A DNA stretch of 64,000 nucleotides, taken from NCBI GenBank assembly GCA_041649715.1, contig JBAZMP010000003.1:100894-164893 (forward strand), in the 5' to 3' direction. Below are positions 53,688 through 64,000 of this stretch, piece by piece; position 1 is the stretch's first letter; the number at the start of each line of letters is the position of its first letter. The position numbers were made by a program, and so were the translations under genes. This DNA comes from Patescibacteria group bacterium. Its GTDB lineage: Bacteria; Patescibacteriota; Patescibacteriia; JAXHNJ01. Below the pieces are notes generated by a model. The model did not search any database, had not been told where the DNA came from, and saw nothing but the letters and a program-made list of their open reading frames with translations.

Positions 53688-54371
53688 TTAAGATATCTTA
53701 ACCTTGATCCCCGGCCCCATCGTGGAAGCCAAAGTAAGGCTTTTTATCAAGACCGGCTTGCCCTCTTTGGGCAGAGATTTTTTCACCGCTTCCAAAAAAA
53801 CCTTTAGATTTTCTAAAAGCTTCTTTTCTTCAAAAGATACCTTGCCGATCATCTGGTGCAGGTTGCCCTGTTCATCGGACTTGAAAGCGATTTTTCCCTT
53901 TGATAGCTCGGCCACTATTTTGGCCGGGTTGGCGTTGATAGTTTCGTTCTTGGGATTGGGCATCAAACCTCTCTGGCCCAGGATTTTGGCGATTTGAGCC
54001 AGTGTCTTCATCATCTCCGGCGAAGCGACCGCTACGTCAAAATCCGTTTTTTGTGTTTGCTTGATTTCCTTGATCAGTTCCTCCCCGCCGACCAGATCCG
54101 CGCCCGCCGCCTTGGCCTCTTTTTGTTTTTCCGGCGAGGTAAAAACAGCAATCTTCATTTTTTTCCCGGTGCCGTGCGGCAGGACCACTGAACCGCGAAT
54201 GACCTGCTTCAATTTAGGGTCTAGGCTTAAGTTTATGTGTAACTCAAGACTCCCGTCAAACTTGGTTGTGGCGGTTTTTTTGGCGATCTTCAAACCTTCG
54301 TCCAAAGAGTAAACTTTCCCGTTTTCAACTAATTTTTTCGCCTCTAAATATTTTTTTCCTCTTTTTTTCAT
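53688..54371 (-). CDS. rplA: 50S ribosomal protein L1
   Basis: MKKRGKKYLEAKKLVENGKVYSLDEGLKIAKKTATTKFDGSLELHINL.. is the L1 signature. Confidence 0.9.
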   Translation of the reverse strand: MKKRGKKYLEAKKLVENGKVYSLDEGLKIAKKTATTKFDGSLELHINLSLDPKLKQVIRGSVVLPHGTGKKMKIAVFTSPEKQKEAKAAGADLVGGEELIKEIKQTQKTDFDVAVASPEMMKTLAQIAKILGQRGLMPNPKNETINANPAKIVAELSKGKIAFKSDEQGNLHQMIGKVSFEEKKLLENLKVFLEAVKKSLPKEGKPVLIKSLTLASTMGPGIKVKIS

Positions 54372-54499
54372 GGCTGATCCCTTTCGTGGTGCAAACGCCC
54401 GTTTTTACCGGGCTCCCACGTTAGTTTGTTATTTCGGGATTTAAGTTTTGTGACTCGTGATTCGGCCGAGTCCCGAATCCCGGATCTCGAATCTCTATA

Positions 54500-54922
54500 T
54501 TAGACTACTTCAATTCCCATGTTTCTGGCCGTGCCGGAAACAATCTTCATGGCGCCAGCGAGATCCTTGGCGTTCAAATCGGGCATTTTGATCTTGGCGA
54601 TTTCTTCAATCTGTTTTTTGGTCACCTTCCCCACTTTCTTCTTTAGCTGATCGCCCGACCCCTTTTCTATTCCCGCCGCTTTTAAAAGCAGGGCCGAGGC
54701 GGGCGGAGTTTTCAAAACAAAAGAAAAAGTCCGGTCCGCAAAAACCGTGATTTCGGCCGGGATAATATCGCCGCCCTTATCCTTGGTCTTATTGTTGAAT
54801 TGAGTGCAGAATTCCTGAATATTAAGACCGTGCTGACCCAGGGCCGGGCCAACGGGCGGAGCCGGTGTCGCTTTACCCGCCGGCAGTTGTAATTTAATAA
54901 TGGTTTTAATTTTTTTTGCCAT
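54500..54922 (-). CDS. rplK: 50S ribosomal protein L11
   Basis: [38 protein letters not shown]... Confidence 0.9.
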   Translation of the reverse strand: MAKKIKTIIKLQLPAGKATPAPPVGPALGQHGLNIQEFCTQFNNKTKDKGGDIIPAEITVFADRTFSFVLKTPPASALLLKAAGIEKGSGDQLKKKVGKVTKKQIEEIAKIKMPDLNAKDLAGAMKIVSGTARNMGIEVV

Positions 54923-54940
54923 TCTTGTAATCTCCTTTTA

Positions 54941-55486
54941 CTAAATCTTCTTGACTTGCAAGAAGTCCAGCTCCACCGGCGTTTCGCGGCCGAACATGGA
55001 GACCAGCACCTTGATCTTGCCTCTCGCCTCGTCAATCTCCGACACCTTGCCCTCAAATTCTTTGAAAGGCCCGTCGGTGATCTTGACCGGCGTACCGACC
55101 GTGACGTCAATTTTGAATTTCGGCTCTTCCACGCCCATCCGGCGCTGCAGCTCTTTCACTTCCTGATCAGAAATAGGCGTCGGCGTGGTGCCGGAACCGA
55201 CAAAACCCGTAACATTGGGGGTGTTACGGACAACATACCAGGAATCATCCGTCACGATCATTTCCACTAGCACATAACCGGGAAATATCTTTTCCACCAC
55301 CGTCCGGCGCTTGCCGTTTTTTATCTTGATTTTTTTCTCCGTCGGTATCAAAACACTGAATATTTTGTCTTCCATATCCATGGATTCTATCCTTTGTTTC
55401 AAGTTACGTGAAACGTTTTCTTCATAGCCGGAGTAAGTATGCAGGACATACCATCTTTTACCCTGTTGTAAGGTTTGTTTGGGCAT
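54941..55486 (-). CDS. nusG: Transcription termination/antitermination factor NusG
   Basis: NGN domain (RWYVLHTYSGYEENV) and a C-terminal KOW (..GTPVKITDGPFKEFEGKVSEIDEARGKIKV..). Confidence 0.85.
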   Translation of the reverse strand: MPKQTLQQGKRWYVLHTYSGYEENVSRNLKQRIESMDMEDKIFSVLIPTEKKIKIKNGKRRTVVEKIFPGYVLVEMIVTDDSWYVVRNTPNVTGFVGSGTTPTPISDQEVKELQRRMGVEEPKFKIDVTVGTPVKITDGPFKEFEGKVSEIDEARGKIKVLVSMFGRETPVELDFLQVKKI

Positions 55487-55490
55487 ATTA

Positions 55491-55745
55491 TTAGGAAATA
55501 ATACGGGTTAAACCAAAACTTAATAAATAATCGACCAAACCCAAAAAAAGAGCCACGCCCACGCTTACGCCGATGACGATTAGGGTATTTTTGATCGTCT
55601 GCTTCCGCGTCGGCCAGTTGACCTTTTTTAACTCTTCTTTTGACTCTTTAAAGTAAGAAATGAGCCGATTGGCCATATTATTGCTGGTTCTTAAAACCCC
55701 GTCGCCGGGGTCTTTATCATCTGTGGATATTATAACAAACCCCAA
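55491..55745 (-). CDS. secE: Preprotein translocase subunit SecE
   Basis: ..ELKKVNWPTRKQTIKNTLIVIGVSVGVALFLGLVDYLL.. Single C-terminal TM helix. Sits upstream of nusG as in the canonical cluster. Confidence 0.8.
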   Translation of the reverse strand: MGFVIISTDDKDPGDGVLRTSNNMANRLISYFKESKEELKKVNWPTRKQTIKNTLIVIGVSVGVALFLGLVDYLLSFGLTRIIS

Positions 55746-55767
55746 AAATTAACGCAAGCGGTAAAAA

Positions 55768-56322
55768 TCACCAAGCTGTTTTCCTTATCCCAATGGCTTT
55801 AGCGGTTATATTGCTTGCGATATGAAGTAATGCGCCTAAAATGATGGAGAAAAGTAAGATAGCCAGTGGTGGGATATAAATAATGAAGCCAAAGATCATC
55901 CCTCCTAACGTGAAATCAATCTGGTCAAAGGGAAACCAGGACTTGCCAGGCGGCAGATTTCGCCTTCTCTTGAAAAAACTTTTGACCAGATCGCCGACCA
56001 TCGCGCCAAAACCCTCAAGCGCCCCTAACAAAAGCGGTGTTTCTTCATAATCGATCAGGGAAAGTGAACGGAAAAAATCCGAATTTATGTATGCGTATCT
56101 TTGGATGACAAAAATAAGCGTACCGCCCAACACGGCGACAACCAGACCCCTTAGGGTCTTATTCGGGCCAAAGATCGGCTGACCGGCCACAGTCCGCCCA
56201 CCGTCTATGGGGACGGCAAGCCACTTAAACCATCTTCTGAAAATGACCGGCAGCATATTGGCGATACCAATCGGCAGAAAATACCAAACGGTTCTTAAGA
56301 CAAAAATAATAATGGCCTCCAT
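55768..56322 (-). CDS. CDP-archaeol synthase-like (CarS/DUF46) CTP-transferase-family membrane protein
   Basis: 184 aa, 5 TM helices. Motif block GDLVKSFFKRRRNLPPGKSWFPFDQIDF resembles CarS rather than bacterial CdsA (no PGHGG..DR.D). Confidence 0.5.
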   Translation of the reverse strand: MEAIIIFVLRTVWYFLPIGIANMLPVIFRRWFKWLAVPIDGGRTVAGQPIFGPNKTLRGLVVAVLGGTLIFVIQRYAYINSDFFRSLSLIDYEETPLLLGALEGFGAMVGDLVKSFFKRRRNLPPGKSWFPFDQIDFTLGGMIFGFIIYIPPLAILLFSIILGALLHIASNITAKAIGIRKTAW

Positions 56323-56326
56323 GAAT

Positions 56327-56782
56327 TTAACGGGAAATAAAATAATAAAAAGAGTAGTAAGCGATCAGATAAAGGAACAACAAATGCCGCAAGGGCAAAA
56401 TAAAACTAAATTTTTTGAATTTGAAGCTGGCGGCCGTCAAAAAAAGATTAACCAGAAACAAATAGAACCAGGGGTGAAAAAAATGAATAAATATTACGCC
56501 TTCCGACAAGCGGTCGGTTGTCACATCGACGAGCCAGCCTTCCTCGCTGGCCGTCTGGTATTTTTTGGCTACCAAACCATCCATCCAGTCGAGGATCAAC
56601 ACAAAAACCAGAACAAAAAATGACAACAACTTGTATCTGTCCCATAAAAGAATGAAAATCAGACTGAAAGGGAGGGCCAGATACGAGATATAATTTGGAT
56701 TGACTTTGGGCCAAGGCAACCGCAAAAGCCAAAGATCAATCACGTCCCTGGCTTTTTGGATTATGCCAATTTTCGGCGGCAT
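56327..56782 (-). CDS. CDP-alcohol phosphatidyltransferase family protein
   Basis: D..DG..AR/K...G..D...D pattern (LDWMDGLVAKK..SEEGWLVDVTTDRLSE) and multiple TM helices. Confidence 0.65.
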   Translation of the reverse strand: MPPKIGIIQKARDVIDLWLLRLPWPKVNPNYISYLALPFSLIFILLWDRYKLLSFFVLVFVLILDWMDGLVAKKYQTASEEGWLVDVTTDRLSEGVIFIHFFHPWFYLFLVNLFLTAASFKFKKFSFILPLRHLLFLYLIAYYSFYYFISR

Positions 56783-56793
56783 GCATTTTGGGG

Positions 56794-58848
<2,055 letters not shown>

Positions 58849-58852
58849 TTAA

Positions 58853-61144
58853 TTATTTTCTTATTTTGATATTATATTTATCTCCCAAATTTTCGTATAT
58901 CCTATTCATCACTTCATCCACTTCCTCGGCTCTAAGAGTCCGGTCGGCTTGGAAGGTCAGGCGCAGCGCCAAAGAGATCTGGCCTTCTTTTTCAAACCGG
59001 TCAAAGACTTCTACTTCCGTAATTAAGTTCGTTAATCCCTTGATTTCGTTTTCAACCGCCTGATAAGAGACTTCCTTGGGTTTGAAAAAAGAGATGTCGC
59101 GGATCACAACCGGGTATTTTTTCGGCTTTATAAAATCTGACTTATCTTTAGCCTCCTTAATTAACTCATATAAATTTACTTCAAAATAAACTACGGGTTT
59201 ATTAAATTTGAAGTAAGCCATCAATTTCATCCCCAATTGTTGCGGAATCAATTTATAAAACACTTTGGAGGACAAATTAAGTTTTCTCCCTAATAGATTG
59301 ATGAGACCTTTTAATCTATAAAATGAGTCCGGGCCATATGCGACAATTGCCAGCTTAATTTGTTCTGCGGCGGTAAACGTATGCCCTATTTCAAACAAAC
59401 CGATATTATCGCTGATTTCTTTGTTAAATTCCAGATTTTTAATAAGTAAAGGAATTAACGATTGCCTCATCAATGCCTGGTCAGGATTGATGGGATTCGT
59501 GACTCGATAATGGTGATTTGGATCTAAATTGAACTGGCAAGCCAGGTTTTCACTATAAAAGGAGTAGTTATATACCTCGGAAAGACCGGCGGCCGCCAGG
59601 ATATCTTTTATCTTATTCTCCCAAACTAGCTCTTTTGGTAAATCCACTGGCTTTAATGTGCCCTTTAAATAAGTGGGTTTTAACTTATTGTAATCATAAA
59701 GCCGGCCGATTTCCTCAATTAAATCTTCCGGCAACCGCACGTCATCTCTCCAGCTCGGCACTTGGATTTTCAATACTTTTTCCTTAAAAGCAATAATTTC
59801 AAAGCCCAAACTCTTTAATATCAGCTTCACTTTGCTTTCGGCTAAATTGATATTCAAGTATTTCTTTATCAAAGATAAAGACAAATTAATAGTGGCCGGC
59901 TTTGCTTGAACCTTAGAAGTAACCGATAAGATTCCCGGCACCACCCTGCCATTGCCGAGTTTGGCTATTAAGGAAGCCGCCCGATCCGCCACCAGTTCTG
60001 ACATCTGATAATCCAATCCTTTTTCAAACCGCATTTCGCTTTCCGAGCGAAGATTCAATTTTTGGGCGGTCTTGCGGATATTACCCGGATTGAAAATCGC
60101 GGATTCCAAAATCACCGTCTTGGTTTTATCAGAAATTTCGGAATCCTTTCCGCCCATCACGCCGGCCACGGCCAAGGCTTTTTTGCCTTCGGTGATCAAA
60201 AGCATATTCGGATCTAATATTCTTTCCTTGCCATCGAGAGTCTCAATCTTTTCATTCTTATAAGCCGGTCTGACCACAATCTGCTTATCGGCCCCGCTTA
60301 ATTTTTCATAATCAAAGGCGTGCAGCGGCTGACCCATTTCCAGCATCACGTAATTGGTCACATCCACCACATTATTAATTGGCCTGACGCCCGAAGCTCT
60401 CAATCGAGATTTCATCCATTCCGGCGAATCTTTGATCTGCAGGTTTTCAATCACCCTGGCCGTGTATTTCGGACATAATTTGCTATCTGAAACTTTCACC
60501 GTAAGTTTCTTGCCGATCTCATTCGTCTTTTCCTTAATCCTAAACCGGTCAGGATTAAAATTTAATTTGCGCTTGGTGACAGCGGCCACTTCTCTGGCCA
60601 CTCCTAAAACCGAATAACAATCGGCCCGGTTGGGTGTTAAGGCCAGGTCCAAGACGGTGTCATTCAAGCCCAGCACCGCTTTGATGCTTTTGCCGATGGG
60701 CTCTTTTTTGTCCAAAAGATATATTCCGGCGTGATCCTTGCCCAGTCCCATTTCATCTTCAGCCAAGAGCATGCCTTCAGATTCTACACCGCGGATTTTG
60801 GTTTTTTCCAAAATTATTCCATTCGGCAATTTCGCTCCCACCAAAGCCGTCGGCACTTTCTGACCGACTTCGATGTTCGGCGCGCCGCAAACGATGTTCA
60901 AGACCACGCCCTTTTTCACCCTGACCTTGCAGACCCTTAATTTATCGGCGTTGGTGTGCTTCACAATTGTGATAATTTCCCCGACCACCACTTTATCCAA
61001 AGTATCTCCCGAGGCTTTTACTCCCTCTGCCTCGGTTCCTGACAACGTTAAAACTTCCGCTAGTTTTTCCGGCGTTTTATCGATTTTTACGAAATCTTTG
61101 AGCCAGTTGTATGATATTTTCATTTTGTTATTTACTACTGTCAC
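58853..61144 (-). CDS. pheT: Phenylalanine--tRNA ligase beta subunit
   Basis: N-terminal tRNA-binding domain (MKISYNWLKDFV), then B3/4, B5 and FDX-ACB-like domains. 763 aa. Downstream of pheS. Confidence 0.85.
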   Translation of the reverse strand: MTVVNNKMKISYNWLKDFVKIDKTPEKLAEVLTLSGTEAEGVKASGDTLDKVVVGEIITIVKHTNADKLRVCKVRVKKGVVLNIVCGAPNIEVGQKVPTALVGAKLPNGIILEKTKIRGVESEGMLLAEDEMGLGKDHAGIYLLDKKEPIGKSIKAVLGLNDTVLDLALTPNRADCYSVLGVAREVAAVTKRKLNFNPDRFRIKEKTNEIGKKLTVKVSDSKLCPKYTARVIENLQIKDSPEWMKSRLRASGVRPINNVVDVTNYVMLEMGQPLHAFDYEKLSGADKQIVVRPAYKNEKIETLDGKERILDPNMLLITEGKKALAVAGVMGGKDSEISDKTKTVILESAIFNPGNIRKTAQKLNLRSESEMRFEKGLDYQMSELVADRAASLIAKLGNGRVVPGILSVTSKVQAKPATINLSLSLIKKYLNINLAESKVKLILKSLGFEIIAFKEKVLKIQVPSWRDDVRLPEDLIEEIGRLYDYNKLKPTYLKGTLKPVDLPKELVWENKIKDILAAAGLSEVYNYSFYSENLACQFNLDPNHHYRVTNPINPDQALMRQSLIPLLIKNLEFNKEISDNIGLFEIGHTFTAAEQIKLAIVAYGPDSFYRLKGLINLLGRKLNLSSKVFYKLIPQQLGMKLMAYFKFNKPVVYFEVNLYELIKEAKDKSDFIKPKKYPVVIRDISFFKPKEVSYQAVENEIKGLTNLITEVEVFDRFEKEGQISLALRLTFQADRTLRAEEVDEVMNRIYENLGDKYNIKIRK

Positions 61145-61210
61145 CCTGAGGTGTCCTTCGGCGCGGCTCAGGGCTCAGCATGACAATGTGGACAAAGCCT
61201 GTTAACTCGT

Positions 61211-62245
61211 TTAAAATTGTTTTAAAAACCTTAAATCATTCTGATAAGATAACCGGATATCATCAATCCCGTAATAAAGCATCATAAAACGGTCAATGCC
61301 CATACCAAAAGCAAAGCCGGTAAATTTTTGCGGATCCACGCCCATGTTCTTCAATACTTTGGGATGGACCATGCCTGAGCCCATCATTTCCAGCCACCCG
61401 GAGCCGCCGCAGACGGAACAACCCTTTCCGCCGCATAATAAACAGCTCATATCAAAATCCATCGAGGGTTCGGTAAAGGCGTAAAAATGCGGCCTGACCC
61501 GGGTCTTAACGTTTTTTCCGAAAAGACTCTGCAGGAAAATTTTTATCGTTCCGATCAAATCAGTAATTTTAATATCCTTGTCGATAACCAGCCCTTCCAC
61601 CTGGTAAAAGGTGGTCTCATGACCGGCGTCCGTGGCTTCGTGACGGAACACCCGGCCGGGCACGATCAATCTGACCGGCGGTTTTCTTTTTTCCATGGCC
61701 CGGATCTGCATGGGCGAAGTGTGCGTGCGCAGCAATAAATCAGACGAAATATTCTTGCCCTGTTTCGGGGTTTCGATATAAAACGTGTCCCACACATCGC
61801 GCGAAGGATGATCCTTGGGAATATTCAGTAAGTCAAAATTATATTTCGCACTTTCCATCTCCGGGCCGGGCACGACTTCAAAACCCATCCGGACAAAAAT
61901 ATCGATGGTTTTTCTTAAAAACAAGGTCAAGGGATGTAAATTCCCCTGGGCTATCTTTTCTCCCGGCAAGGTCAAATCGATCTCTGGTTGTTTCCCGACC
62001 TGGCCGGACAATCTTAGGCGGGTTTCTTCCACCAGACTTTCAATCTCTTTTCGGATCTCATTGCCCAGTTTGCCGATCTTCGGCCTTTCCTCTTTGGATA
62101 GATCCTTGATGCCGCGTAAGATCTGCGATAACTGTTCCTTACGGCCTAAATATTTATTTTTTTTGAACTCTAAATCCGCCAGAGATTTTATGCTTGAAAT
62201 TTCGGCCTTGGCCTGATTTAATATATTTTTTAGCCTATCTTCCAT
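61211..62245 (-). CDS. pheS: Phenylalanine--tRNA ligase alpha subunit
   Basis: Class II motifs (..FRHEATDAGHETTFYQVEGLV.., ..GFAFGMGIDRFMML..). Confidence 0.9.
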   Translation of the reverse strand: MEDRLKNILNQAKAEISSIKSLADLEFKKNKYLGRKEQLSQILRGIKDLSKEERPKIGKLGNEIRKEIESLVEETRLRLSGQVGKQPEIDLTLPGEKIAQGNLHPLTLFLRKTIDIFVRMGFEVVPGPEMESAKYNFDLLNIPKDHPSRDVWDTFYIETPKQGKNISSDLLLRTHTSPMQIRAMEKRKPPVRLIVPGRVFRHEATDAGHETTFYQVEGLVIDKDIKITDLIGTIKIFLQSLFGKNVKTRVRPHFYAFTEPSMDFDMSCLLCGGKGCSVCGGSGWLEMMGSGMVHPKVLKNMGVDPQKFTGFAFGMGIDRFMMLYYGIDDIRLSYQNDLRFLKQF

Positions 62246-62618
62246 AATTTTTTTTCTTCAAGGAAAAGAAAAATTCCAAAATAACTAAGAACAGAAAAAA
62301 TAGAATAAGATTCCACCAGCGCAGATATTGCGCCGCCTGCAATACCAACGAACCGACCACCAGTATCGTAAAAAACAGGCCTTGCCGGAAAGAAATCCCC
62401 AAATGCCGGTAGAATGGCGTATTTCTTTGAAAAAGATATCTAAAGAGAAAACCCAGCAGAAAAAAGGTGCCCAGCAAGGAAAGAAAAAGCGTGAAGTAAA
62501 AAAGCAACAAGGCCAAAGACCCGCTTTCGGGGCTCATCGTAAAGATGACTGCCAGAAGCGACAACCAGGCGACAATCGTGCCAAAAAGCATTAATATTAG
62601 ATACTTTTTGAGAGACAT
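62235..62618 (-). CDS. Hypothetical small membrane protein
   Basis: 127 aa, 3-4 TM helices. Overlaps the pheS start by 11 bp. Confidence 0.4.
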   Translation of the reverse strand: MSLKKYLILMLFGTIVAWLSLLAVIFTMSPESGSLALLLFYFTLFLSLLGTFFLLGFLFRYLFQRNTPFYRHLGISFRQGLFFTILVVGSLVLQAAQYLRWWNLILFFLFLVILEFFFSLKKKNYGR

Positions 62619-62748
62619 TTTTCCTTGGCATTTACCAAAATAAAGGGTTAAAAACCTACCTCTATTTTAGCAAAAAAATGGCCGTTTGGCAAGAAAATGA
62701 CCTTTTTAATATTCGGCTTATTTGAGCCAAAAAATCTGCTCATTAAAC

Positions 62749-64000
62749 TTATTTTCTTTGCGCTCTAGTACGGTCAATCTCGGTTAAAAATTGTTTGCGC
62801 AGACGGACGTTTTTTGGCGTGATCTCCAGATATTCATCTTCGGCCATCACTTCCAATCCCCGCTCAAGCGTCAAAAGCATCGGGGGCGTAATCTGAATGG
62901 CGATATCAGAGCTTGAAGAACGCATATTGCTCATGTGCTTGCCTTTGGTCGGATTAACGGTCATCTGGTCGCCCTTGGCAGTGTTGCCGATCACCTGGCC
63001 CTGGTATACTTCTGTATTGGGCCCCACGTAAAGCACGCCGCGCACCTGGAGATTAGACAGGGCGTAAGCGAGGGTTTTCCCGGCCTGGCCGGAAATCATA
63101 GAACCGGTTTGCCGTTTTTCGATTTCCCCGGCGTGAGGTTTAAAACCGATAAACTGGCTGCAAAGGATCCCTTCGCCCCGGGTATCGACGATAAATTCGT
63201 TCTTATAGCCCAGCAATCCGCGAGTGGGTATTTCATAGACCAAGCGGGTATGCGCCTGCTCCGGCCGCATTTCTAAAAGTTTTCCTTTTCGCTTGGACAT
63301 TTTTTTTATCACCACGCCGCTGTATTTTTCCCTGATATCAATAGTCACCTCTTCAAAAGGTTCGCAGGTTTTTCCTTCAATTTCCTTGATGATGACGTGC
63401 GGCTGGGAAACCTGCAGCTCATAACCCTCGCGCCGCATATTTTCAAGCAAGATAGCGATGTGCAGTTCGCCCCGACCAAAAACCCTGTAATATTCACTGG
63501 AGGAAAAATCAATTTTCAAGCCGACATTAACCTCTAATTCCTTTTTCAATCGCTCACGAATCTGCCGGCTGGTGACAAACTTACCTTCATGGCCGGCAAA
63601 CGGTGAATTATTGACCAGGAAATTCAGGCCAATGGTCGGTTCGTCAACTTTGATCGCCGGCAGCAAAGCTTCGTCTTTATTCTGGCAAACAGTATCGCCG
63701 ATATAGATATCCGGCAGGCCAGCCAGCATGACAATATCGCCGGCTAAAACTTGCGGCACTTCTTTTCGGGTCAAGCCTTCAAAAGTAAAAAGCCTGGTAA
63801 TAGTTCCGGGTAAAATCTTACCATCATCTTTTTTCACGAAAACCTGGTCCCCTGTTTTGATTTTTCCCTGATAAACCCGGCCAACGCCCAAACGGCCCAA
63901 GTAATTATCATAAGCGAGATTAAAGGGCTGGAATAAAAAAGGCTTGGTTATTTCCCCGGCGGCCGGCTTAACCTGAGCCAAAATGGTTTCCAACAGTGGG
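62749..64000 (-). CDS. typA: Translational GTPase TypA/BipA (N-terminus beyond window end)
   Basis: ..VFGRGELHIAILLENMRREGYELQVSQPHVIIKE.. is TypA-like rather than LepA. The ORF continues past position 64000. Confidence 0.75.
   Translation of the reverse strand, partial: PLLETILAQVKPAAGEITKPFLFQPFNLAYDNYLGRLGVGRVYQGKIKTGDQVFVKKDDGKILPGTITRLFTFEGLTRKEVPQVLAGDIVMLAGLPDIYIGDTVCQNKDEALLPAIKVDEPTIGLNFLVNNSPFAGHEGKFVTSRQIRERLKKELEVNVGLKIDFSSSEYYRVFGRGELHIAILLENMRREGYELQVSQPHVIIKEIEGKTCEPFEEVTIDIREKYSGVVIKKMSKRKGKLLEMRPEQAHTRLVYEIPTRGLLGYKNEFIVDTRGEGILCSQFIGFKPHAGEIEKRQTGSMISGQAGKTLAYALSNLQVRGVLYVGPNTEVYQGQVIGNTAKGDQMTVNPTKGKHMSNMRSSSSDIAIQITPPMLLTLERGLEVMAEDEYLEITPKNVRLRKQFLTEIDRTRAQRK

Overview
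This is a 64 kb window from an AT-rich, small-genome bacterium. The gene content points to an uncultivated Patescibacteria/CPR-like lineage, but that is a guess from tandem DUF3048 genes, many small membrane proteins and compact operons. The backbone is housekeeping: rlmN, tsf-rpsB, rpmE, prfA-prmC, rplY, an FtsW/RodA homologue, dnaE, a T-box-regulated thrS, miaB, miaA, gatB, a thymidylate cluster (tmk-thyX-dut-kinase-dCMP deaminase), rplA-rplK-nusG-secE, gyrB, pheST and typA. There is a four-gene tRNA cluster with an unusual precursor architecture. Several blocks are visibly G+C-richer than the backbone and look horizontally acquired. The largest, at about 19.9-27.5 kb, sits between prfA-prmC and an AT-rich membrane protein gene and has its own strong promoters and terminators. 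It encodes a small protein, a coiled-coil protein, a membrane protein, a NitT/TauT-type ABC transporter whose binding protein is fused to an OmpA-like domain, and an ARC/Mpa-type AAA+ unfoldase. No proteasome or pupylation genes are present in the window. I regard this island as the best candidate for an undescribed functional module. Other items worth a second look are a 29-bp duplication of the rlmN 3' end bracketing an inserted ORF, tRNAs with leader-trailer extended stems plus a tRNA-Tyr half-copy and a GC-rich unassigned RNA-like element, a truncated sigma-70 paralogue next to the full one, an archaeal-type CarS-like enzyme paired with a CDP-alcohol phosphatidyltransferase, and an orphan divergent transcarbamylase. 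I found no CRISPR array and no transposase or integrase genes.
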